Shown: one piece after another, positions 11,301 to 23,300 of the stretch
How the letters are laid out: every line of letters begins with the position of its first letter
Position numbering within the stretch: the stretch's first letter is position 1
Assembly: GCA_052327205.1 (NCBI GenBank)
Contig: CM126211.1
Location: forward strand, 90,334,001-90,398,000
Reading direction: 5' to 3'
DNA: 64,000 nucleotides
From: Somniosus microcephalus
Lineage: Eukaryota
Translations under genes and position numbers: made by a program
The notes under the pieces: model-generated
The model's database searches: none
What the model was told of the DNA's origin: nothing
Seen by the model: only the letters and a program-made list of their open reading frames with translations

Positions 11301-14300
11301 GTAAGCTCCCACAAAGAGCAATGAAATAAATTACCAGATCATCTGTTTTTAGTGGTATGGGCCTGGATTTTCTGAGGCCTATGACACGGTAATACGTGCC
11401 CCGCAAGTTCCGGGTTTCCGGTTGCGATACGTATGCATGAAAAGCCAAAACTTGCGATCTGTCAAGATTCAGCTTGACAGATCGTACGAATCCGAAGGAA
11501 ATGGACATTCGCTGGTGGAGACTACTGCCGGCGAATGCCCACAAAACTCTTACGCCTGGTAAAAGCAGGAGCAAGGCCTTCTTTTACCAGCATAAGGGTT
11601 TAAATAAATATCAAAATAAAACTTTTAAAATTATTTAAACATTCAAAAACCTTTCAAATTAGTTTAGGTTATCTTTGGCCCTTTTAAAAATGTTTAAATT
11701 TATTTTTCAAAAAAATGTATATTTAGGTTTAAATGTTTAATTAAATTGTATTTTAATTACTTTTAAACATGATGATTTATTTTTATTTAGGTTGTGTGAA
11801 AGTGTGTTTTTTATGTCATTCCTATTATGCTTAAGGAGATTCCGTACATAAATGAAATTCCCATAAGCATAATGAGAATCCCCCTTTTTGATTATTGGGC
11901 CGGCCCACGTGATCCCAGGGACGCTTGCGAACTGCATGCGCCCCTGGGATACATGGGTGTTTACGCAGGCGTACACCTGCAGGCCCAGGACCCGAAGAAT
12001 CCGAAGATATGGAGTCACCAGGTAGGTGCATACTTTTCTTGCGGATCGGAGGTATTCGCCCACAGGAAGCCTCTGACCCCAATTTCAGGTCCATCGTTTC
12101 AGAGATAAATGTTGGCCAGGACATTGAGGAGAACTCCCCTGCTCTTCTACAAATAGTGCCGTAGGATCTTTTACGTCCACCTGAGAGGGCAGACGGAACC
12201 TCGGTTTAACTTATTTTTAATAGCAATGAGTACCGAAGAGACGATTGAGGCTGCAGTGGAGAGAAGGGTGTTAGTGGGCCTGACAGTGTGATTTTGCTGA
12301 ATTAATGCATGCAGTTGAAATTACAAGCTTGCTGAACCACCTGGGGTTAATAAATATATCTACTTATGTTAATTACTTTCTCTTCCAATACAGTAACTCC
12401 TCCAAGGCACCATGTCATGACTGCTCACTGTTTAAGCAAAAAAAATCCAAAAAACCCCAAATGAAGTAGAATTCTTTTTATTTTAGATTATGAGTGGAGA
12501 TTTAGTTCCTCTTTGAGTACGCACACATGCATACACGCAAATCATGCATTCACAGACTTTATTAAAACACTCAATTCATTCTACAGCCTAGAAATTCCCA
12601 TTGGTGATACTGCTAGGCTTAGCGTACAATTATGATACTATGTTACCTTAACACAGTTGTCAGCCTATTTACTAGCGGACAAAGAAATTTCACAAATTGG
12701 CTAAGGGTTCATCCGCGAACATTGCCTACAGTTGCCAAATTGGATATGCGCGTGTGATGGGGTCATTGCACACCCAGACCTACAGCCAGCTGAGGCCCTG
12801 TAGTTAGGCCAGATCTGTTGCTGAAGAAAAACTGATAAAAGATGGAGAGGCACTAATGCCAATTCCTATGTGTAGATGAAAGCTTGAACGTCCCTAATAA
12901 AAGAAAGACTTGCATTTATATCACGCCTTTCACGACCACCGGACGTCCCAACCCACTTTACAGCCAATGAAGTACTTTTTTGAAGTGTAGTCACGGTTGT
13001 AATGTAGGAAACGTAGCAGCTAATTTGTGCACAGCAAGCTCCCACAAATAGCAATGTAATAATGACCAGATAATCTGTCTTTTTATGTTGATTGATGGAT
13101 AAATATTGCCCAGGACACCAGGGATAACTCTGCTGCTCTTCTTCAAAATAGTGGCATAGAATCTTTTACATCCACCTGAAAGCGCAGACAGGGCCTCAGT
13201 TTCACATCTCATCCAAAAGACGGCACCTCTGACAGTGCAGCACTCCTTCAATACTGCACTGGAGTGTCAGCCTAGGTTTATATGGTCAAGTTACTGGAGT
13301 TGAAGACTTGAACCCACAACCCTCATGACTCAGAGTCAAGGGTGCTACCAACTGAGCCACTGGCTGACACCAATAATTCCCATCATTGCAGCCCATGAGG
13401 CAACTACTGCGTAAAAGCGGCATTAAAATAAATTTAATGCAGAGGTACTGAGGCTTGCATGGCAGGTTGAAAAGGGAAAGTTCTTAACTGAGACCAGTTG
13501 TGATAGGTTGATTAATGAACTGAGCCACTCAAGGGCACCTGTAAGCATGTGACCAGGAAAAGCTCAATTAAAAATTAACGATGGAAACTTACGGTTCTCC
13601 CATAGACTGGGACAAAAGGGAGCCCCTGTAGCAGAACAGAAGAATGCAAAGGCCATCAGTTATGACAGATGACCTTGCAGCTCAGTACAGAACTAATTAA
13701 CAAAAGCATATAAAAAAGAGAAAAAAAATTAAAAGCAGCTGCAGTGATTACTTATTTTAAATAGGGCTTTGATGTATCCTTCATGTGGCTACTTCTTATT
13801 TTAAATATATCATCCCTCAAATTACATCTCGGGATACTTGCATGCAAACACTCAACACATCTGTCTGAAATTCCTTTTAGTGTAGGCATTCACCAAGTTA
13901 AATTGTTACCACTTCCACCAAATTTCAGACAAACGTATTTAAGTGCCTATAGGTTGTTAGCAAACAATTTAATTTCAGGGCCATAGTTTTGCTCCTCTCC
14001 CCCGCCCTCCCTCCCCACGTCTCTACAATTGGGAAGTTCTGATCCTTTAATCTAGCCTGTTCCACCTCCCTCCATCCTAGCTGGTGGCACAGACACAATC
14101 AGAAATCTGTGTCTCCATCAGTGTACTATGTTCCGGCTGTGAAATGGGATCAGCCAGAGACATACAGCTGTGGTCCGTTCAGTCTGCCAGTGTGCAAAGT
14201 GCCCATCTTGGCAAGATAGCTTGAGTGCACTCCATTCAAAATGTATAAAAGAAATATTGGTATAATAAAGTGTTGTATAATTTGGCAGGTTTTTGAGGTC

Positions 14301-17300
14301 AAGTAACAATGAAATTAGCAATTCTACTACCAACAATTTCAAAGGATCCTTTAAGTTTGCGTCAGATGGTGTCCAGTTTCTCAATCCTTTTCCCCATGAA
14401 ATTTCTGGGGTGGGTTTTTTTTTATTTAAACCCCACATTGGACAAAGAATAATAGACTGTTGGGAGAAGGTAATCTGACCGTCTTAACTGGAGCCACATC
14501 ACAAGCCTGCCCACATAATTAATCTGACAATTAGCAAAGATGCTTGAGGAAATTATTTGAAAAATTCATAGGGGTTGTCAAGCTATCGCCTCACACATCC
14601 AGCTGCACGGGGTCAAGCTATAAGCAAAGCTTCCCACTGCAAAGCTGTGCTCTACGTTTGCTAAAAGAGACAAATCAGCTGGTGATGCTCAGGATACCAG
14701 AGCTTTGTGCCATTAGTACCTGTTGAAAGCTATGTGTGTAAGTCAAACACGGGAGCAAGTGCAAAGTATTCCCGACAGACTGCAGCTGTGTAAGAGACTG
14801 ATCACGAAGCAAATATCAGCTGCGACCCCCTTTTTTGAAGTTTTGCTTCCCTACTTGAGAATACCTTTCAACTGCAAACTGACTCCCACCTCAACTGTTT
14901 AACACACCATGTTGTTTGGAACGAGCTTTGAAAACAAATAGCGTGAATTAACCCTCTGTGGTTTGGGTTTTAAACCCCGGTGTGTCCATCAAGTCCTATT
15001 TTACAAGGTAAAACGTTGCACCGGACAGTCTTGGAAAAATTCATCGGCTTTTCAAGGTGAATCCATATTTCACAGTCTGGGGAGCAGCACCACACATTCT
15101 TGCAGTCAAAATAAACTGAAACCAGTATTTGATGGTAAATCCTGGAACTGCCTAATTCCATGAGTGCTTTGTGTAGGATTATGGGAAACTTGAGCTCCAT
15201 CCGTCAGTTGCAAATGACAGCTGAATGCCAACTAGCAGTAATAATGAAATCCCAAAATAATGTCCCATTGTTTCTGCAATACAGTGTTCAAAACAAAAAT
15301 AGCTGAATGCAAGATTTTCAGGTTGAGGGCTTAGCCCACTCATCCGACTATATCCCAATAGCTTCTTGTGGGGGAAATGGTGCTTCGGGGTTAGATATGC
15401 TATAGTTGCAGTGCGGGTTACTGTCTGCTCTATGTGGGTTTTTTAATCAATACATCAAAATCTGGCCGTGTTAGTTTAGCGGAGAAAAACATTGAATGAC
15501 AATAGCTTGCAACATTGAATGAAGGTAATCTGACAGTCAATAGATCAGACCCACAACAGCATCGTTCAGTCTGAGTCATGACTACATTAAAACCAACACA
15601 AAAAAGTATCAGACTAATGTGCTGCTGCAAGGCTTGCTCCAAGTAACCTCAACCGATAACAGCTATTTCTGTTTTTTGCTCGTGTGCGCTGTGTTCACTT
15701 TTATGTCTCTGTGATGGCGATGCTAGCCCACATAAGGAACCTAATAACAATGAAGTGGTTTGAAGGAACGGATGGAAATTTTTATTCTGTTTGGGGGGCA
15801 TGGGGGGGGGGGGCGGGTGGAGAAGGACGTGATTTACATCACAATTCCAAGGAGAACAATGTCACCACTGGCTTCGTAATGTTTATCTAGCCGTTGCACC
15901 TGTCAGAAATAGCAAGAACTATAGCCGCTGTTGCAAGGTTCTCATCAAAATTGTGCACAATTTTAAAATAGGTTGATGATATGAATTAATGAGTAGAAGA
16001 GGAATGCGCTAACACAAGTGCCTTTTCTGGATTTGATATTTTTCCAATCCCCAACGGAAGGGAAGTAATATTACATTTTAATATGTCTTCATTTGATCAT
16101 TATTACGCTGCTTCTCCAGGGACTGACTGTGCTTCATATACAGCATGTGTCTTGGCTATCTCTGGTCTATCAGGTCAGTCACATTGCGTTAATCACATGA
16201 TGAATTAAGCTGTTGGATTTGTGCCTATACCATCGCTTTCACTGCCAGTGATCAGAGGAGCTCGAAGAGTAACAACAGATTCAGTGCTGCTTCATCCTCC
16301 AATACCCCGTCAATAGAAGAGAGAAGCAATTGATGCTTTGACTTTTTCTGGTTGACTCAGATTAGCCAGGATGTTCCATCTGCTGCTTATAGTTCACCCA
16401 AATTGCAGCCTTAAAACTCGCCTCCATTTCCCAACAACTTGCTTGTCAATTTCAGGTGAATTTTGTGAATTCAGCATAGGTCCTGCCAATTATAAAAGGC
16501 CAGAATGCAGAGATTTCAAAACCATTTTTAAACGATCTGGCTGGAATGCAGCGAAGAGGTTCTCACTCTCCCCTAAAAACAATCGCAAGAGAGCGATTAC
16601 TTTCTTTCCAAAGGTAATCAGTAGCTTGAGCCAGTTAACACCATTCACAACAGGCAAATTAAAAATGGAGAAAAGGAAGATTAAGTTCAATGGAAATAGT
16701 TTGCATTAAAAAGGCTTATTGTTTCTAACAGAGTTAAATTTGCAACTAGAGTCAGCCTGTGTCAATTTTTTTCTATTTTTAACTCATTTTCTCAAATCGA
16801 TTCCCTGATGACATACACGTGGAAATGAGCTGAGAGAATCTGTGTAACATTGACACTTTATCAGAAAGGTGAATGCCTTGTACTCTGACATTCCAAAAAT
16901 CTCGACTGCATTTTGGCCAGCTGAAGCCAGCGTTTGCTCAATTGTCTCCGTACAGTGTTATGGAGCAGGTGTCTCTAGCCTTTAAAAGAAAATCCACTGG
17001 ACAAGTACACAACAGTCAGATCAGATGGTTGAAGTCAACCTAAGGTGTCAGCCGTGGCTCAGTTGGTAGCGCTCTCGCCTCACAAGTCGTATGAGTTCAA
17101 GTCCCACTCCAGAAACTTGAGCACAAAATCTAGGCTGACCCACCAGTACTGAAGGGGTGCTAAATCGACAGAGGTGCTATCTTTCAGATACGACATTAAA
17201 CTGAGGCCCTGTCTGCTCTCTCAGGTGGATGGAAAAGATTGAATGGCACTAGTTTGAAGAAGAGCAGGGGAGTTCTCCAATATTTATCCCTCTATTAACA

Positions 17301-20300
17301 GACTATCTGGTCATTATCTCATTGCTGTTTGTGGGACTTAGCTGTGTGCAAATTGGCTGCTGGATTTCCTACATTACAACAGTGACTTCACTTCCAAAAA
17401 AAGTACTTCATTGGCTGTAAAGTGCTTTAGGATGTCCTGAGGTTGTGAAAGGCACTATATAAATGAAAGTTATTTCTTTCTTTCACATATCCCCCCTCCC
17501 CTCCCCGGCTGCTTTATGGCTCAAGGGTATGACAGGATTTATTTCTACCTTGGATAAATGCATCAATAGGCATTTGCCAATATTAAATCACATCCCAACT
17601 GAATGCTGGACACTGATTAGCTGGAATACCTCTTCAGCTGTTAACCAAATGTAACTGAACCTGTTGAGGTTCTTTGAATGTGTTAACATGGCAGTGCCAC
17701 ATCTAGTTGGATTTAACAACAGGTAGTGTTGCTTCAGATCCTAACAGATGCCAATTCAAACTAGTGAATCAATTGGTTGAACTGATCTTCATTGGATGTA
17801 ACTTTGAGCCCATGGGGAGAGTTGTACTTGAATCACGTTAAACATTAAGGCCTAGAAATTCGGTGGGCTGCGCCACCAGGTAGCGCCTAAAGAGGGCACT
17901 CAGTGGCTTTAGCGCCACTGGCCACGCCTCCCGCGAAATTTAGCGGGGCACTAATGGTGGCGTTGGCCTGTAGCGCTGCGCCACCACCGATGATGTCATC
18001 AGTGTGCGCAGCGCCCCACTACCGCCCCGAATGCGATATTGGGTCGCGCCCCCCCCCGTAACGCCGGTCACAAATCGCGACCGGTTCACGGGGCTTACCT
18101 GTGGCGGTAGTGGCGCAAATTAAGATGGAGGTGTGGGGCGGCCATTTTTTTCGGTGGCCGCCTGCCAGCACCTCCTCGCACTGCCCTCCCCGGCCTCTTG
18201 ATCCCCCCCCCCGGGCAGTGCCGGCTGTGTCCCACCGAATTTTTAGCCCTTATTTGAAAGCAAGAAACATAATAAATTGCAATCTAAAAAACCTTTCAGC
18301 AGGAGATTGCACATTCAATTCAATTCAATTCAATTCAAATCGCTTTATTGGCATGATAAGGTACATCTTATGTTGCCAAAGCATCAAAATACATTTATGG
18401 TTGAACACATAAACGCAGTTCTATTCATACAGTGTATAAACAGGTATATCCCTGAGTGTATAAATATACATTCGCATTATTTATATTTACTCTTTTCTTA
18501 GGTTTACTGGTTGTCCCGCTGTTCATGGCAAGCTGTAACATAGTGTGCCGCCAGTGCTACACAGCTTCTCTCCTCCCCCAGTAGGTATGGGAGTTTTTGG
18601 TCGCCATTCAAATTTCTGAATTCAGGGCATATTTGTGAGAATTTTTGGTAGAAATTCTCCCTGATGCCCTGATATTTTCCACAGGCTGTGAGGAAGTGCA
18701 TCTCTGTCTCCACTACTCCCTGACTGCAGTGAGAGCATATCCTGTCCTCTCTTGGCAGCCTGGTCTGCCTGTGTCTGCCTTTTTCGATCGCTAGGCTATG
18801 TTCGCTAAGTCTGTACCTTGTCAAGGTTTTTCTCAGTTTGTTATCCTTTACCATGGTCAGGTACTCAGCCATGTTGTATTGTCTGTTTAGGGCCAAGTAG
18901 CAATTGAGTTTGCTTTGGGTTTTTGTTGTTTCTGCCCAATATGACAGGTATTTTTCCTTTTGTTTAGTGACAATTGTGTTGGGTCGAATTCTCTGTGCTA
19001 TTCTGCTACCAAACTGAGAACAGACTGAATTTTGGTCTTCAGTTTTACTTTCCAACAGTCCCATCTATCCTCGATTTGGCAAAACATTCCATATCACACA
19101 TACATGTCCATTAGTTCTTGAACCTCTGAACAAGACCCAGAGGCTATTTTCTATTGTTGGCTCTTCTGATAAGACATAATAGCAGCAAAGCCAGAACAGT
19201 AGAATACCAGTTAAGATGCTCACTTGTCAACCATAGTTGAGAGTTGGTTCAAGTCTCTGCACTGCATCCAGCACACTTGACCGAGACACTAGGTCACAGC
19301 GCATCATGAAAATGTTATGTGTCCCCTTTCCATACAGGACCTGGCACAACACATCTTTCCTCGTAGCAACTAGCCCAGTACTTGGAACACAAAACGCTAG
19401 TGGTGTCAAAGCAGCTCATACAGAAGCATGGGAATGAAATATAGGAAAAAGTTACTTTATAAATAGTACTGTGCTGCTGTTGGTTAAGAAAAGAGCAAAA
19501 CATCAACTAATTATTTTCATGTTTAATTTAGTTCGAAAACAGCCCAAAGGATAAAATTCTCTATTAAAGCTACAATATTCATTTACTCACCAACATAAAA
19601 ATCTAGAAAAAGAAAAGCTCATCTCTTGTTTAAATTTCTGTACTTTGTAGTAAGTATTCCAGTAATCACCAGTCCTGTTCGTAAATCAACATCAAGACAC
19701 AGATCAGCGCTTGATGGGTTTTTGAATTTATCAAATTGACTTATGGATCACAGATCAAATGTAGCTTTGGTAAAACGACATTTATTTATCTAACATCAGC
19801 TGCTCATGACATCTCAAGGACAATACTCCAGCTTTTAAACAGACAGCAATGTCCACACAAAAGGTGGAAATAAATCGAATGTAACATTTAAGCTCGCTGC
19901 AACAAGGAGCAGGAACGACAAGGGCTCCTCCCCTAAAAATCGGTCCTTTGTAAAGCAGACTGTGGAAAAAGGCCCCATTGAACTGCACCACTTGTAATCC
20001 CTTTTCACATTTTTATGATGAATAAAAGAAAACACGTTTCTTTTTCTCTATGTGTTCCACAAAATGCACTTCTATTTGGTCCGAGATGATGTAAAAATAA
20101 TTTTATAGGGACTGGGACTAGACGTGCAGTAACTGGATTACACGCTGCTGATGAATTGCTGAATAGAACACACTGCTGAAGAATGCTAAAGGAATCTGAA
20201 CTCTGTTGGCGGCAAAAGGACCAGGCTCCCATTTTCTATCTTTGAGACTGTGGAAGACAGAAATGAGGGCCCATTCTAGTTTAATGCTTTCTGCTAATTA

Positions 20301-23300
20301 GCCTGCACCCAATAAAACATCGACCAGCAGTAGATCTAATGTTTTTTTTGCAGCCAAATTAATTATGCTACATTCAAGTGTCAAGAGTACTTTTTATGTG
20401 CCTCCTTGCATTATGACATTTAATAATTGCATAAAATGCACTGGCATTGATCCAATATTTTGCCTTTAAAATAAATTCTTATACATTCTCTGAACATAGG
20501 GTAACAAAGGGAAAATTGTCAGAATGTTAAAGGGGTACTGCGTCAACACCTTCATTAGATATGAAAAACTGCCTCCAGTCAAATAAAAATGAATAAGGAA
20601 ACTAAATGGATTGAAGATTTTCCAACTCTTGTATGTGTCGTTATTTTAGGAGACACCACAGTGCCTTTAACGCAGTGGGTCGCTTGACGGGGGTTACTTG
20701 ATTTGTCTAGCTAACAGGAAAGGTCACTGCCATGTCAAGTTTTATGCAGTCGTCTTTCTCCATCTGGGGGATTTCCCTTTACTGTTAAACAAAAGCATGG
20801 TGGGTGCCTATGAATATTCCTAATGCTGGCAAGTTTTTTTTTAAATCAGCTCACAAAGACTAACCTTCTATTGGTAAGCATGAGAATATAGTATTCACCT
20901 CCCCCACCCCCTTCATCAATAAGGCCACTTATCTGAAATGGAAGCAACAAGCTCCGCAGTAATTGTCTCGCATTATGCCCAGGTCCTTCAAGGACGACAA
21001 TGAATTCTTTAAACTCGAGTGTCTCGATTTAATGAGCACAGATTCTAGGGGCCATGATTGTCTTCCAAAATGCGAGCTTCAAACGTTGCCCGTGGCAAAG
21101 AGAAAGTGTGTGAGAAGATCACCAGCCACTTCCCATGCCTGTTACAACATCCCTGTATCTGCTATAGCTCTCAGGAAGGATCAAATTCGACTAGCAGTTA
21201 CAAATTGACAGTACTTTCACTGTGGCAAAGGTGTTTGGACTTTTGAAATTAAAAAGTAATGGTACTTCAGAGCTCAAAAGCATTGTTTTGTTTCTTCCTT
21301 TTTCTGTTTTGTTGGTTTATAAATAGTACTGCCTTCCTGGATGAGCGACAAGAAGCCCTAGAAAGCAATCATCTTTTACAAAAGTAGCGAGTGTAAAGTA
21401 AGTGCCACAAAAATAAAAGAACAGAGAGCACTTGGTCATTTTCAATTTCTTATTTAATCTTCTCCATCAAAACTTCAAAATGGAGGAGTGAAATTAACCC
21501 TGATGATGATCTCATCCCAAAATGCAGGGGGGCAGGGTAATTTGCATGAGGGGGGCGGGCACCTGTACCATTTGCAGGGCTCCCTAGTAGTCTGCTAAGT
21601 GGGAGCAAAGGAATTTTAAATTGGCACCCTGGCAGAGAGGGGTGGCAGAAGATACAAATTTCAATTTGCTTTTCTCTGAGATCAAGTGCCAGTAGGCACT
21701 GGGGGCCCACTTTATGGCATTTGTATGGGAAGTATGCCTACCTTGCGCAGGAGTACTTACTATTGGCTGTAGGCAGGGTGGAGCCAACGGGTTTTTGGGC
21801 TGAGATTATTACCCTGCCAGTCTGTGACATCACGCCTGTGAGAGGGGTGAAATGCGGAAAAAGCGTTTGGATTCCCTTCTCAACCCGAATTTCGGAACGT
21901 GGCCAGAAAGGGGTGGAAACGTGTTTCATCCCAAATTCCTCCCCCCACCCAAATTGCTGTGCCCAAAAGGTGCCAGAGTTTCTAGGCTCTTGTTCTTTAG
22001 ACAATACAGTTCAAATTATCTTGGCTGATGGCTGAACAGGAAAGAGATGCTGTGCATTTAAAATGTCTTCCTTTGAATGTTACGGTTAGATTTTAGGCTA
22101 AAAGGACAAAATACAATAATTGCTCCTTTCACACAATGGGTCTGATTTGAGTTTTACTTTAGATTCGTATCAGCAGACAGTTGGTGTAAGTTTCACCCCC
22201 AGATACTTACATTCCTTCTCTGCCAAATGGTCATCAATCGTAACTCCAGTCAGGAGTGCCTCCCATTCAAATCTGCCACCCAGCATTTGGGTTGAATTCA
22301 GTTGAGTTCTCGGTTGGGCTGCTAAATGAAACGCTTCACAGAAACAGTCACGCCTTGATGGGAGGAAGGGCTGACAGTGGTCATTTATCCTGCTCCAACC
22401 ACACCTCCTGCTGGCTGACTACAGACCACATTAGCACGGCAAATACAGAATTCCATGGCTTGAGCTGCTCCACATTGTCAGTGGTGGAGGAGGATGCATA
22501 AGGGAGGAGAGCCAACAGCCATCAAAATGTAAGCGGAGCACTGCGGTTAGACGCACCAACAGGCAAATTCTAAAGTGTGCGATACTAATTATGGTGCAAT
22601 CAATTTATTCAGCAGCACATTTGTCGATTGAAAAGGTTACTGCATTCTCCATCACTGTCATCTCTAACTCATGTAACATTGCAACAGGAATCCATTAGAA
22701 TGTGACAGCGTTGATGTGACGCTGGTCATTGTAACAGCCGTGTAAACTGTGTTAGCACAAGCCGGTAGTCAAATTCAGCATTTCCTGTTTGATTCCAAGC
22801 CTCAGAGAACATTTTTCTAATTAGTAGGAGCCCATGCTAAGCTTAGGTGCATCACAGCCTAGCTGTCTAGGCTCAGTGTGCACAGTAAGGGGATGTGTAG
22901 GGACAGAAGCCGGTTCTGTCTATTTAAATGCTATGTTCTGAAAATCCAATTTGTAAGTGTAAATGGACCAGAGTGCACAATCTCAAATTGCACCTAGTTT
23001 GTTCATCAGAACTATGATGCAGATATAACAGAAAGAAAATTAAGACTTAAGACCAAGAAAATCTATTTGGCCCATCCACTTCCTCTTATAGGACCAAGTC
23101 ATCTATAATCCTCCACTTCATGCTGAGTCAGAGATTGATCCAATTCTCTTTTGAATGATTCTCCTGATTGAGTGTTTTCTTAAATATTGATGGCCAATAG
23201 TAAGAAGTTATATAAAGTTGAGCAGAAGGTTATGTTTTACGAGTTAACTATTGAAATGCATCATCTCTCTTGAAAATAATGACCCTGAAATTACACTGCA

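Noticed and set aside
17044-17115. tRNA gene
   Set aside because: The A/B boxes belong to the SINE head and continue into the Deu domain; there is no full cloverleaf or Pol III terminator.
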